Sequence record: SRR20825010_1318
Direction: 5' to 3' (one strand)
Length of the DNA: 39,442 bases
The notes below the pieces were generated by a model. That model ran no database searches and was not told the DNA's origin. It worked only from the letters and a program-made list of their open reading frames with translations. The translations under genes were made by a program, and so were the position numbers. This document shows, in pieces, positions 18,525 through 27,581 of the stretch (its first letter is position 1; every line of letters begins with the position of its first letter).

Positions 18525-18699
18525 ATCGCTCGTGGACCGCCGCGCGTTTCACCTGACGATTCGCAGGGCGGTTGCGAATGAAAAAAAGCATCTCGCGTCC
18601 CATGCACGCCAAAAAGTTGATAGACTACGGTCCCTCCGGGCCATTCGCGCACCCCGCCACGGGGCTGCGATGAATGGTCGTTCGGCCTAGCACTCTAAC

Positions 18700-19734
18700 T
18701 TGAAGGAATGGGATACCGTGCGCCATCTACGACAGTCTATCTGTATTTGCTGCTCGCTGTTCGGGACGCTTGCGTCGCCCTCTTTCGCGAGTGCAAACGA
18801 CGCGTTGGACGTCGATCCAACCCAGCCCGAACGCCAGATCCTGCATCTCTGCAAACCCGACGGAACGCCCATTCGACCGTTGGTCCTGGACGAAACGCTG
18901 AGGGAGCGGTTTGACAGCCAGGGCAAACCAGAGATTTCAGCCGATGGGAAATGGATTGCATTCGACGCATGGACAAATGATCCCAAACGAACTCGGCAAG
19001 AGTCCAAGATTGTGATCGTCGACTTCGATGGCCAGAAAACGACCAATATCATCGACGGTTCTTTGCCATCGTTTTCACCTGACGGCAAACGTTTGGTCTT
19101 CAGCCGCCCGCGACGATACACGAACACAGACGGCGCGGAGGGAACGTCGATCTGGATCATGGACATCGATGGCGACAATCGAATGATGGTCGCCCACCGC
19201 GGGGCGTGGGGTGGACGTTGGTCACCGGATGGAAAATCGATTGTCTTTTTTGGTGGCGAAAACGAGAACGGGATCGCAGTTCCAAAGTCATGCTTGCGTC
19301 TCTTTGATATTGAAACCCAGACGACCACCAACATTTTCTCACCTGACGACTCGCCGTTTGGAGAATTGAGTTTTCACTTCGAGTGGGCAAAAGATGATTC
19401 GCGTCGTGTCGTCTTTGGTGGACCGCTGAAAGACACCCAAGAACTGGCGACCGGAGTGATCCAAGTCGACGAGGGGATCTCGAGCTTGATGGTTCGAACC
19501 GGCGACACCATGGAAGCGGGCCTGCTGCACGGCAGTTCGTACGACTGGAATCCAAAAGGCAACTCTTTTCTCATGGCCGGGACCGTCGGCGACCGGGTTT
19601 TACCCATCGCTGTTTCGATTGACCTGGTTGAAGCATCGCAAACCTTCGATGGCATACCGGAAAACGTTTCCACATCGGATCCGATTCACACGCCCGATGG
19701 AAACCATCTGATCGTGTCATTTCGTTCCCAATGA
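18700..19734 (+). CDS. Secreted TolB-like / PD40 beta-propeller protein
   Basis: Signal-like segment ending SFASA; repeats PEISADGKWIAF, PSFSPDGKRLVF, RWSPDGKSIVF, HTPDGNHLIV. Confidence 0.85.
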   Translation: MKEWDTVRHLRQSICICCSLFGTLASPSFASANDALDVDPTQPERQILHLCKPDGTPIRPLVLDETLRERFDSQGKPEISADGKWIAFDAWTNDPKRTRQESKIVIVDFDGQKTTNIIDGSLPSFSPDGKRLVFSRPRRYTNTDGAEGTSIWIMDIDGDNRMMVAHRGAWGGRWSPDGKSIVFFGGENENGIAVPKSCLRLFDIETQTTTNIFSPDDSPFGELSFHFEWAKDDSRRVVFGGPLKDTQELATGVIQVDEGISSLMVRTGDTMEAGLLHGSSYDWNPKGNSFLMAGTVGDRVLPIAVSIDLVEASQTFDGIPENVSTSDPIHTPDGNHLIVSFRSQ

Positions 19735-19898
19735 CCGTCAAGGATCACGACAGCCGGCTTGCAGCGAGCTTATTTGATTAGCCATTTCTTGCGGTGGAGA
19801 GTTGCGCGCCCATCAACCGGGGCTCGCAGTTGACTACCATGGACGATCTCAGGCGGACAATGCCGTTCGCCGGTCGGTCGTCACACCCGAGTCAATAA

Positions 19899-20630
19899 AT
19901 GCGTTTGCTACTGACAGCTTGTTTGATCGTGATTTCTTTGCCAACGGTTGTCGCAGAAAAGCCCGCCGACGTTCTCGATCTTTCTCGATGGCGTCTGACG
20001 TTGCCGACGGAGTCGGACAAACGGGGGTCGCCATCAGAAATACGGCAACCTGAGCTGGCGAGTTTCTCGCACCCAGAGCACTTCCACGTCAGAGATCGGG
20101 CCGGGGTGGTCTTCCGCGCGCACTGTGGCGGTGCAACAACCAAGGGATCCAGTTTCCCTCGTTGTGAACTTCGCGAAATGGCCCCCGACGAGGTCAACCG
20201 AGCAGACTGGAGCACGGATGACAAAACGATTCACACAATGACCGTACGGGTCGCCATTACAGCCATACCTCGTAAGAAGAAGCATGTCGTGTGCGCGCAA
20301 ATTCATGACGCAGACGACGATTTGATGATGGTGCGTTTAGAGGGCGAGAAGTTATTCATCGAACGCAATGAAGTCGGCGAAGTGATGATGGAACGTCACT
20401 ACCAACTGGGAACCGAATTCGAACTGAAGATCGAAGCTGGAAAGGGACACGTTCGCGTCTTCTACAACGGCGAAGAGAAAATGAACTGGAAAGTGTCACG
20501 CGACGGGTGCTACTTCAAAGCCGGTTGCTACACCCAATCCAATTTGAAGAAGGGAGACGACGCTGACTCCTACGGTGAGATCGTCATCTCGATGCTTCAA
20601 CTCGACGAGATCAATACCGAAGACCAGTAG
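19899..20630 (+). CDS. Polysaccharide lyase family 7 (alginate lyase)
   Basis: Signal peptide; the three PL7 motifs PRCELRE (R-S/C-ELRE), QIH and YFKAGCYTQSN; DLSRWRLTLP. Confidence 0.92.
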   Translation: MRLLLTACLIVISLPTVVAEKPADVLDLSRWRLTLPTESDKRGSPSEIRQPELASFSHPEHFHVRDRAGVVFRAHCGGATTKGSSFPRCELREMAPDEVNRADWSTDDKTIHTMTVRVAITAIPRKKKHVVCAQIHDADDDLMMVRLEGEKLFIERNEVGEVMMERHYQLGTEFELKIEAGKGHVRVFYNGEEKMNWKVSRDGCYFKAGCYTQSNLKKGDDADSYGEIVISMLQLDEINTEDQ

Positions 20631-20662
20631 CCGCCAACTCGTTGTCCCCTCGGATGCTTCTT

Positions 20663-21145
20663 ATGAAATTGTTCATCACGTGCCTCTTTGGCCTTTCCCT
20701 TTGTTCGTCGTTGCAAGCAAAGGAGTTTCGGCCCGTGGATGCCGAGACAGTCTTTTCGGTGACCAAAGAAACGTTGGAAGCGACACCCGCATGGAATCCG
20801 GGTGCCGGGCCGATTCCCGTTTCAGCCGCGGACGCGATTCAGATTGCGTCGGATTTTCACAAACGCATCGCACCCGAGGGCAGGACCGACAGTTTTGTTT
20901 TTGATCTCGCGGGGGCCACCCTGGTACGTTCTGAAGATGATCGCTGGTACTGGGTTGTTCAGTATCGGGTTCACTTTGATCCACTTCCAACGCCGAATCG
21001 TGTTGGGAATGGTTGGGCCGGACCAATGCCAAAGCACAGTCGATACCCTGTTCTAATGAACGGAGAACTCGCCCCGCACAAACCGATATCAGCCAAACTA
21101 CCTGAAGCGGTTCAGCCGGTGGATGCGATGAACCATCGTGAGTGA
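20663..21145 (+). CDS. Hypothetical secreted protein
   Basis: Signal peptide MKLFITCLFGLSLCSSLQA-K; fills the gap between the PL7 and kelch genes. Alternative starts 20642/20654. Confidence 0.7.
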   Translation: MKLFITCLFGLSLCSSLQAKEFRPVDAETVFSVTKETLEATPAWNPGAGPIPVSAADAIQIASDFHKRIAPEGRTDSFVFDLAGATLVRSEDDRWYWVVQYRVHFDPLPTPNRVGNGWAGPMPKHSRYPVLMNGELAPHKPISAKLPEAVQPVDAMNHRE

Positions 21146-21175
21146 CGGCGATGAATTCGCCTGATGCGATCAGGA

Positions 21176-22174
21176 CTACTTCGCGAGCTGCAATCGTTCG
21201 GTCGATTCAAGTTCGGGCCCGCCACCGCGATTGCCACTTCCCGATGCGGTGTAGATTGCGTCGCCAATGCGAACCAGACCTGTCCCGTGTCGGCCTTGTT
21301 TCAGCGAGGGCCATGCCGACCAACCGTTCGTTTCCGGATCGAACACCTCGACTTCGTCGTGAGCCGACTTCTGGTCCGCGCTCTCACCGCAACCGACAAC
21401 CAGCTTTCCATCAATGGCGATGACACTGTTGCCCGCACGTTCGGTCGGCAGATCGGGGCACTTGTCCGAGGAGAGCCAAAGACCAGTGTCGAAGTCGTAC
21501 ACATCGATTTTGCTGATTGTTTGCGAGAAGACCGCGTTGTCGCGTTTTGATGTCACTCGCCCACCCGCGGCGTACAAACGATTGCCAATGATCGCCGCCT
21601 GGAAATGATCTCTCTCATGAGGCGCATCGGACAGAATCTCCCACACACCCGTCTTGGGATCGTAGCGATCAAACCAACGGCGGCAACCATCAACGTGTCC
21701 GTTGGTGATTCCGCCGATCAGATAAACCCATCCATCGTGATACACGGCCCCGGCACCTCCGCGACGACGTGATTCCGGAATCGAATGGACAAAATCAAAT
21801 TGGTCCTCGGAGGGATGATAGACAACGACTTTCTCGAGCGGAGTCTCTTTCGGATAGGGGCCCGTCATCGCGCCCATCAAATAGATCGCATCGCCAACAA
21901 CAACTCCCTGAAAGTGATGCAACTCCAAAGGTGTTTCCGACTTTTCCGTCCAAACATTCGTCGCGGGATCGTAGACGTCCACGGGATTGATGCGGCGACC
22001 GCCCAGCAAGTAGAGCTTGTTTTCAAACCCGACTAACGCCGCTTCATGACGTGCCGTCGGTTTGCCGTTCGTTTCAATGGTCTGCCAAGTAGGTCGCTTG
22101 GAATCAGGTGAATCCGCGTGTAGCGACGAGGCCGTTCCGAAGAGAAGCAGGGTGCAGATCAATAAACGCATCAT
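21176..22174 (-). CDS. Secreted kelch-repeat protein
   Basis: Signal peptide MMRLLICTLLLFGTASSLHA; kelch repeats (LYLLGG..YDP..W, VYLIGG..YDP..W, LYAAGG..YD..W, FDP..W). Confidence 0.9.
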   Translation of the reverse strand: MMRLLICTLLLFGTASSLHADSPDSKRPTWQTIETNGKPTARHEAALVGFENKLYLLGGRRINPVDVYDPATNVWTEKSETPLELHHFQGVVVGDAIYLMGAMTGPYPKETPLEKVVVYHPSEDQFDFVHSIPESRRRGGAGAVYHDGWVYLIGGITNGHVDGCRRWFDRYDPKTGVWEILSDAPHERDHFQAAIIGNRLYAAGGRVTSKRDNAVFSQTISKIDVYDFDTGLWLSSDKCPDLPTERAGNSVIAIDGKLVVGCGESADQKSAHDEVEVFDPETNGWSAWPSLKQGRHGTGLVRIGDAIYTASGSGNRGGGPELESTERLQLAK

Positions 22175-22214
22175 GGTGGAATCAAGTTGGTGGGAATGAT
22201 TGGATCGACGACAC

Positions 22215-23543
22215 CTACGCCGAATCGGAGTTGTCCGGTTTGGACTCGTGTCGTGAAACGACGGAGATGACATCACCATCGGTCAGCCGAGTTCGCAAGG
22301 AATCGCCTGGCCGAACGTCGCCGGTGGAACGGACCACCTTTCCGGCATCGGTTTGCGTCACGCTGTACCCACGAGCGAGCACGGCGAGTGGTGACAAAGC
22401 GGATTGTGCCGCCGCGACGGTTGCAAGTTTTGCTTGAGCCTGTTCTAGCCGCCGCCCGATCGCCGATCGACCACGTTCGTCCCAATCGTCGACTTCACGA
22501 CTGCGATCATGAACCATTTCGAACGGGTTTTGAAAGACCGGCCGAGACTCCCAATTTTCTAATCGTTGGCGTTCGGAATGAACTCGCCGGAACAAATTGG
22601 TTGCCATCATCTGGCCAAGTGCGTCCAGTGCCGCAACCATCGAATCGCGGTCGGGTAAGACACGTGAGGCCGCATCGGTCGGAGTCAACGCTCGGACGTC
22701 GGCGACCAAATCCGCGAGCGTGACATCGATTTCGTGACCAACCGCCGACACAGTTGGGATTCTCGATGCGGCGATCGCTCGCACCAGTTGTTCATCATTG
22801 AATGACCATAGATCTTCCAGCGATCCGCCACCCCGCGAAACAATCAAGACATCGGGTTGGGGACGCATCCGGTGGGCCGCTCGCATCCCGTCGATCAACG
22901 ATTCAACGCTTCCCGGACCCTGGACGCTGGCGGGAATGAGTACGATTTCAATTCCGGCGTGACGCTGCGCGGCGGCCTGAAGAAAGTCCTGGATCGCGGC
23001 ACCGGTGGGGCTGGTCACAATTGCAACACGCCGGGGCACTCGTGGCAACAATCGTTTTCGTTCCGGTTCGAACAAACCTTCGGCCTGCAATTTCGCTTGC
23101 AGTTGAGCAAATGCAAGTTGCAACGAGCCCATGCCTTGAGGTTGGCATTTGCGAACGACCAATTGGTACGAACCTCGTGCCGCGTAGACCTCGACATCGC
23201 CCATGCAGAGAACGCTCTGACCATCATCCAGTTCAAAGGGCAAACGTTCGGCAACACTTCGCCACATCACACCTCGAATCTGCGAACGTTCGTCCTTCAG
23301 CGTGAAATATAAATGGCCGCTTCTCGGTCGCGCGATGTCGGTGATCTCACCGGCAACCCAAACACTAGGAAAACCCGACTCAACCGTCGATTTGATTTGA
23401 CGGGTGAGTTCGCTGATCGAGATCGCATCGTCGCTGCTGGAAGAACTTCGTTTCTTCCGGGCAACTTTGCGTTTGGGAGCGGTGACCTTCGCCGGTTCGT
23501 CATCGCCAGAATCAAACAGCGAAAACTGGGTGCTGTCGCTCAT
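22215..23543 (-). CDS. xseA: Exodeoxyribonuclease VII large subunit
   Basis: VWVAGEI, SGHLYFTLKD, VTSPTGAA, RGGGSLEDLWSFN, SAVGHEID, TPTDAA, SPLAVLARGYS. Confidence 0.97.
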   Translation of the reverse strand: MSDSTQFSLFDSGDDEPAKVTAPKRKVARKKRSSSSSDDAISISELTRQIKSTVESGFPSVWVAGEITDIARPRSGHLYFTLKDERSQIRGVMWRSVAERLPFELDDGQSVLCMGDVEVYAARGSYQLVVRKCQPQGMGSLQLAFAQLQAKLQAEGLFEPERKRLLPRVPRRVAIVTSPTGAAIQDFLQAAAQRHAGIEIVLIPASVQGPGSVESLIDGMRAAHRMRPQPDVLIVSRGGGSLEDLWSFNDEQLVRAIAASRIPTVSAVGHEIDVTLADLVADVRALTPTDAASRVLPDRDSMVAALDALGQMMATNLFRRVHSERQRLENWESRPVFQNPFEMVHDRSREVDDWDERGRSAIGRRLEQAQAKLATVAAAQSALSPLAVLARGYSVTQTDAGKVVRSTGDVRPGDSLRTRLTDGDVISVVSRHESKPDNSDSA

Positions 23544-24835
23544 GAGTCAGAACGGCTCGCCCTTGAGCGGCGACGTCGCCCCGTTTTCGCAAACCGATCC
23601 CGCACGTCAGAAACCGCTTGCAAGAACACGTCGACTTCTTCGACCGTGTTGTAGAAATAGCAACTCGCACGCGAGGTCGCCGTCACGCCAATCGCATGGT
23701 GCAGCGGCATTGTGCAATGGTGGCCGGCACGCACTGCGACTCCCTGACCGTCCAAAAACTGCGAGACATCGTGCGCGTGAACACCATCGATGACGAAGCT
23801 ATTGATTCCGCCCTTGTGTTCCGGCGTGGGACCGATGACGCGGACGCCAGCGATCTCGCGAAGCCCCGCGTCAGCGCGTGAACCAAGCTGACGTTCGTGA
23901 GCATGAATGTTGTCCATGCCGACATCAGTGAGGTACTCAATGGCCGCTTCGAGCCCGATCGCTTCCACAATTGGCGGCGTGCCGGCTTCGAATTTCTCTG
24001 GCAACGCGTGTGAAGTGAAACCTTCGGTCGTGACCGTCTGAATCATGCCGCCGCCGCCCAAAAACGGAGGCATCGAGTCCAACAAGCTCTCGCGTCCCCA
24101 GAGCACCCCGATACCGGTCGGCCCGCAAACCTTGTGTCCGCTGAAAACGACGAAATCAGCGTCCCAATCTTGAACGTCCATCTTCCAGTGCGGTGCAGCC
24201 TGAGCGGCATCGATCAAGACGCTTGCTCCGGCGTCGTGAGCCATCCGGGTCCAACGTTTGACGGGATATTCCGTGCCAAGCGTGTTGCTCGCCGCACCAA
24301 ATGCAAAAAGCTTGGGTTGGTGCGTTTCGATCGCGGAAGCGACTGCTTCGTCGTCGATCAAAAATTCTTCGTCAACGGGGATGAACTCAACGCGGCAACC
24401 AACACGTTCGGCAAGCTGGTGCCACGGAACAATGTTCGCGTGGTGTTCGCTGATCAACAACAGAATCACATCGCCCTGCGACAAGTTCTGGTCACCCCAG
24501 GTCCGCGCGACGGTATTGATCGCGGCTGTTGTTCCGGCGGCAAAGATGACTTCGTTGGTCGACGCAGCGTTCATGAACGACGCGACGGTCGCCCGGGCGT
24601 TCTCGTAAGCTTGCGTCGACGCTTCACTCAACGTGTGAATGCCGCGATGCACGTTGCTGTAGTATTCGCGATAGCAACGACTCATCGCTTCGATGACCGA
24701 AGTGGGACGCTGAGTGCTGGCCGCGTTGTCGAAATAAACCAGCGGTCGATCGCTGGCCGAACGGATGCCCAAAATGGGGAAGTCGTCACGGATTTTCGCG
24801 ACATCTAATTTCGATGGGGACGTTGTCACAATCAC
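23540..24835 (-). CDS. sufS: SufS-type cysteine desulfurase
   Basis: YFDNAASTQRP, NVHRGIH, EHHANIVPW, PLP-Lys in FSGHK, FEAGTP, group II catalytic RAGHHC; GTG start overlaps the sufU stop. Confidence 0.96.
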   Translation of the reverse strand: MIVTTSPSKLDVAKIRDDFPILGIRSASDRPLVYFDNAASTQRPTSVIEAMSRCYREYYSNVHRGIHTLSEASTQAYENARATVASFMNAASTNEVIFAAGTTAAINTVARTWGDQNLSQGDVILLLISEHHANIVPWHQLAERVGCRVEFIPVDEEFLIDDEAVASAIETHQPKLFAFGAASNTLGTEYPVKRWTRMAHDAGASVLIDAAQAAPHWKMDVQDWDADFVVFSGHKVCGPTGIGVLWGRESLLDSMPPFLGGGGMIQTVTTEGFTSHALPEKFEAGTPPIVEAIGLEAAIEYLTDVGMDNIHAHERQLGSRADAGLREIAGVRVIGPTPEHKGGINSFVIDGVHAHDVSQFLDGQGVAVRAGHHCTMPLHHAIGVTATSRASCYFYNTVEEVDVFLQAVSDVRDRFAKTGRRRRSRASRSDS

Positions 24836-25266
24836 TGTTCTTCCCCGAGCGATGGGCCGCCCGGTGCGGACGAATCACCGTCTTCGTCGATGGGTGAATG
24901 CAACGCGGACTGAAGAATCTTCCACGAAAGAAGGCAGCACTTTTGTCGGTTGGGCGTCAACTTTGGCCCAAACAACTCCAACATTTCTTCGGCGGTGAAC
25001 GCCTTCACTTCTTCGATCGTCTTGCCTTCCATCCGCTCAATCAACATCGACGCGGAAGCTTGGCTGATCACGCAACCTTCGCCCTCGAACCAAGCCTCAG
25101 CGACTTTTCCCGAATCGTCCAATTTCAGTGTGATCACAATCCGATCGCCACACAGCGGGTTGTTCCCCTCATGCATGTGGCTGGCGGATTCCAAAGTCCC
25201 ACGGTGGTACGGGTCTTCGTAGTGATCCAGCACGTGTTCTTCGTAAATGTCCTGCTCGTTCGGCAT
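24832..25266 (-). CDS. sufU: SufU/NifU-like Fe-S cluster assembly sulfur-transfer protein
   Basis: NPLCGD, FEGEGCVISQASAS, RQKCC; coupled to sufS. Confidence 0.92.
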   Translation of the reverse strand: MPNEQDIYEEHVLDHYEDPYHRGTLESASHMHEGNNPLCGDRIVITLKLDDSGKVAEAWFEGEGCVISQASASMLIERMEGKTIEEVKAFTAEEMLELFGPKLTPNRQKCCLLSWKILQSALHSPIDEDGDSSAPGGPSLGEEQ

Positions 25267-25385
25267 GTTCGAATGGTGTGTCGTGTGTTCGCGGTCGGAG
25301 GAGTCGCATCAAAATTTGGCGACGAAGAAACCTCCCTGCGGTGCGTCTGATTCCACCCGTCGCCTATTTAACTCTATGCGAGTTG

Positions 25386-26213
25386 TCAAAAAAGGGAAGC
25401 GGGGTTTTCACACGAACAAATTTCTCCGTTGGTCGCGGTGACAGCGTTCCCCGACTGAACCGCGTTTGCCAGCGTTTCAAACACCTTCTCGAGGTTTTGC
25501 CACTGGTCGTTCGCTTCGATTTCCCAGCTATGGCCCCATAAATGGAACACACCACCCGTTCGTACCGCTTCCTGCAACATCATCTCGGCCATCCCGACCC
25601 AAGTCGTCTTTCCGGACAATTTCCATGCCCGTTGAAACGGTCCCCACGCGGCTCGCTTCATCGCATTGCGAAGGTACGCCGATCTTGGGTGCGGGTGAGC
25701 CTGCACGGAAGTCGTCATGGACGACAATTCCCATCCCTTGTCGCCGCGGACGTAGTCGCCTCGCACCCGACGTTTGGGCGGATCACACCGCAACAATTCC
25801 ACCGTCCGATATCCGATGAAGCCATGACGCGCGATCGCATTGACGTGTTCTCGCTGAAATTTGCCCAACGGCGGGCAAAACATCTCGCAGGGCCGACCGG
25901 TCACATCGGCTACCCAAACTCCGCTGTCGTGAATTTGGCGTTCAGCTTCCACATCCGGCAACGTCGTGAGCGCCAGATGATCCATCGTGTGTGCCCCAAT
26001 CTCAAACCGCTGGCTGAGCTCGCGAATTTTCTCTTCTGGCATGGTCTCCAGTTGAGATTTGCGAGGGATGTAGAACGTGGCCGCCAAGTCATAGCGAACC
26101 AAAAGATCAGCCAAGCGGTGATCCAGAGGATGCCCGTCGTCCCAGCTCGTCGTGACCACGCATCGATTCGGTGTCATGGGACTGTTCGGATTCGGGGGCA
26201 TTGTCGTTGGCAA
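25386..26213 (-). CDS. Polysaccharide deacetylase (NodB/CE4 family); start 26213, 26201 or 26177
   Basis: TTSWDDG, ATFYI, EIGAHTMDH, FCPPLG, FHLWGHSWE. Confidence 0.9.
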   Translation of the reverse strand: MPTTMPPNPNSPMTPNRCVVTTSWDDGHPLDHRLADLLVRYDLAATFYIPRKSQLETMPEEKIRELSQRFEIGAHTMDHLALTTLPDVEAERQIHDSGVWVADVTGRPCEMFCPPLGKFQREHVNAIARHGFIGYRTVELLRCDPPKRRVRGDYVRGDKGWELSSMTTSVQAHPHPRSAYLRNAMKRAAWGPFQRAWKLSGKTTWVGMAEMMLQEAVRTGGVFHLWGHSWEIEANDQWQNLEKVFETLANAVQSGNAVTATNGEICSCENPASLF

Positions 26214-27501
26214 AGGTCGATGATTGGTTGAGCGGAAGATTCGCGTGTTGAGAATCCTTTGTTGACGAACCTGAGTGCGACGGAGTCGCGGCGTGTTTCG
26301 GATCGACTCGCAAATCGGGATCCGTCAGCCGACTCACATCGGTCCGCCCACGCAGGATCAGTGCCTGATGGTAAATATCGAACAGTTGAGCATGATTGAT
26401 CTCGGCCGTGTACTTGGAAACGAACTCTGAGCGAGCCGCATCGCGCATCGCAATGGTCTCCTCCGCGTTCTCAACAAACCGATCCACCACCGATGCCAAC
26501 TCGCCCGCGTTACCGCTTTCAAACAACGCGCCGACACCAGGATGCACCAATTCAGCTTGTCCGCCTTGGTTCGCACAGACAACCGGTGTTCCGCAAGCGA
26601 ACGCTTCGACGACAACTCGGCCAAACGACTCGGCACAGTGGGAAGGCAGAATCAAAATCGCCGCGTCTGCCATCGTTCTGTAGACCGCATCTTGATCCAA
26701 GCGTCCGAGATATTCGACGTTCTCTCGCGGCACATCCAACAAATGCTGAAGCGGTCCATCACCAATGATCTTCAAAGGTATGGGCTGGGTCAGACGATCC
26801 CAAGCATCCAGCAACACCTTCAATCCCTTTTCCTCGCTCAACCGACCGACGAATAGAGCGTAGCCGCCATCGCCTTCACCGAGTGGCAAATCGGATTCGA
26901 CGAAGTGAGGTTTGACAATGATCGGTGGCATTGGGTGCCCCGAATCCTCGTATCGTTTTTTGACAAACTCAGTGGGTGCGATCGCCAAATTGAGTGACCG
27001 CTGATAAGTCTTTCGACTTCGATGCAGCCAATTTTTGACGGCAACCACTCCCGACGCCAATCGGTTCTCATGAAAACATGCGTGCCGAATCGCGGGCGTC
27101 GCAAAGCTTTTCGAAACGCAAGCCGTGCAGGGTTGCCCGTCCCGGAAACAAACCGCCTTGGGACACAAAATTCGCGAGTTGTGCAGCGTCAGCACCGTCG
27201 CGGCACCCGCATCATGAGCGGACTTGATCGCCGCCGGTGACATCGCGGGGAACGTGTTGTGGAAATGGACGACGTCAATTTGCTTGGACTTCACAACGTC
27301 GCGAATTTCGTCCGCGATGCCGTGGTTCCATATCGTTTTCCTAGCGTTCGCCAACGCTCCCGCGCCCGACATGGAATCATTCATCCGGGTGAATCGAGTG
27401 ACATCGTGGCCATACGATTCCAGCAACTGCGTCTCCGCATCAAATACAACATCCTCACCGCCGCGAAGGCGGTAGTAGCTGTGAACGGCTAGGATTCGGA
27501 T
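26107..27501 (-). CDS. Glycosyltransferase family 4; start non-canonical or mutated (ATC at 27501/27507/27510)
   Basis: Frame extends upstream of TTG 27426 as IRILAVHSYYRLRGGEDVVFDAE; also VHFHNTFP, FVGRLSEEKG, ESFGRVVVEAFACGTPV. Confidence 0.88.
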   Translation of the reverse strand: MRILAVHSYYRLRGGEDVVFDAETQLLESYGHDVTRFTRMNDSMSGAGALANARKTIWNHGIADEIRDVVKSKQIDVVHFHNTFPAMSPAAIKSAHDAGAATVLTLHNSRILCPKAVCFRDGQPCTACVSKSFATPAIRHACFHENRLASGVVAVKNWLHRSRKTYQRSLNLAIAPTEFVKKRYEDSGHPMPPIIVKPHFVESDLPLGEGDGGYALFVGRLSEEKGLKVLLDAWDRLTQPIPLKIIGDGPLQHLLDVPRENVEYLGRLDQDAVYRTMADAAILILPSHCAESFGRVVVEAFACGTPVVCANQGGQAELVHPGVGALFESGNAGELASVVDRFVENAEETIAMRDAARSEFVSKYTAEINHAQLFDIYHQALILRGRTDVSRLTDPDLRVDPKHAATPSHSGSSTKDSQHANLPLNQSSTFANDNAPESEQSHDTESMRGHDELGRRASSGSPLG

Positions 27502-27581
27502 GGCGATGATGGGCGCCGTGGGTCAGCGAGGAAGTTGGGGCAAACGAGCAAAGGTCTCGCCTATTCTACGGAAAAATTCGT

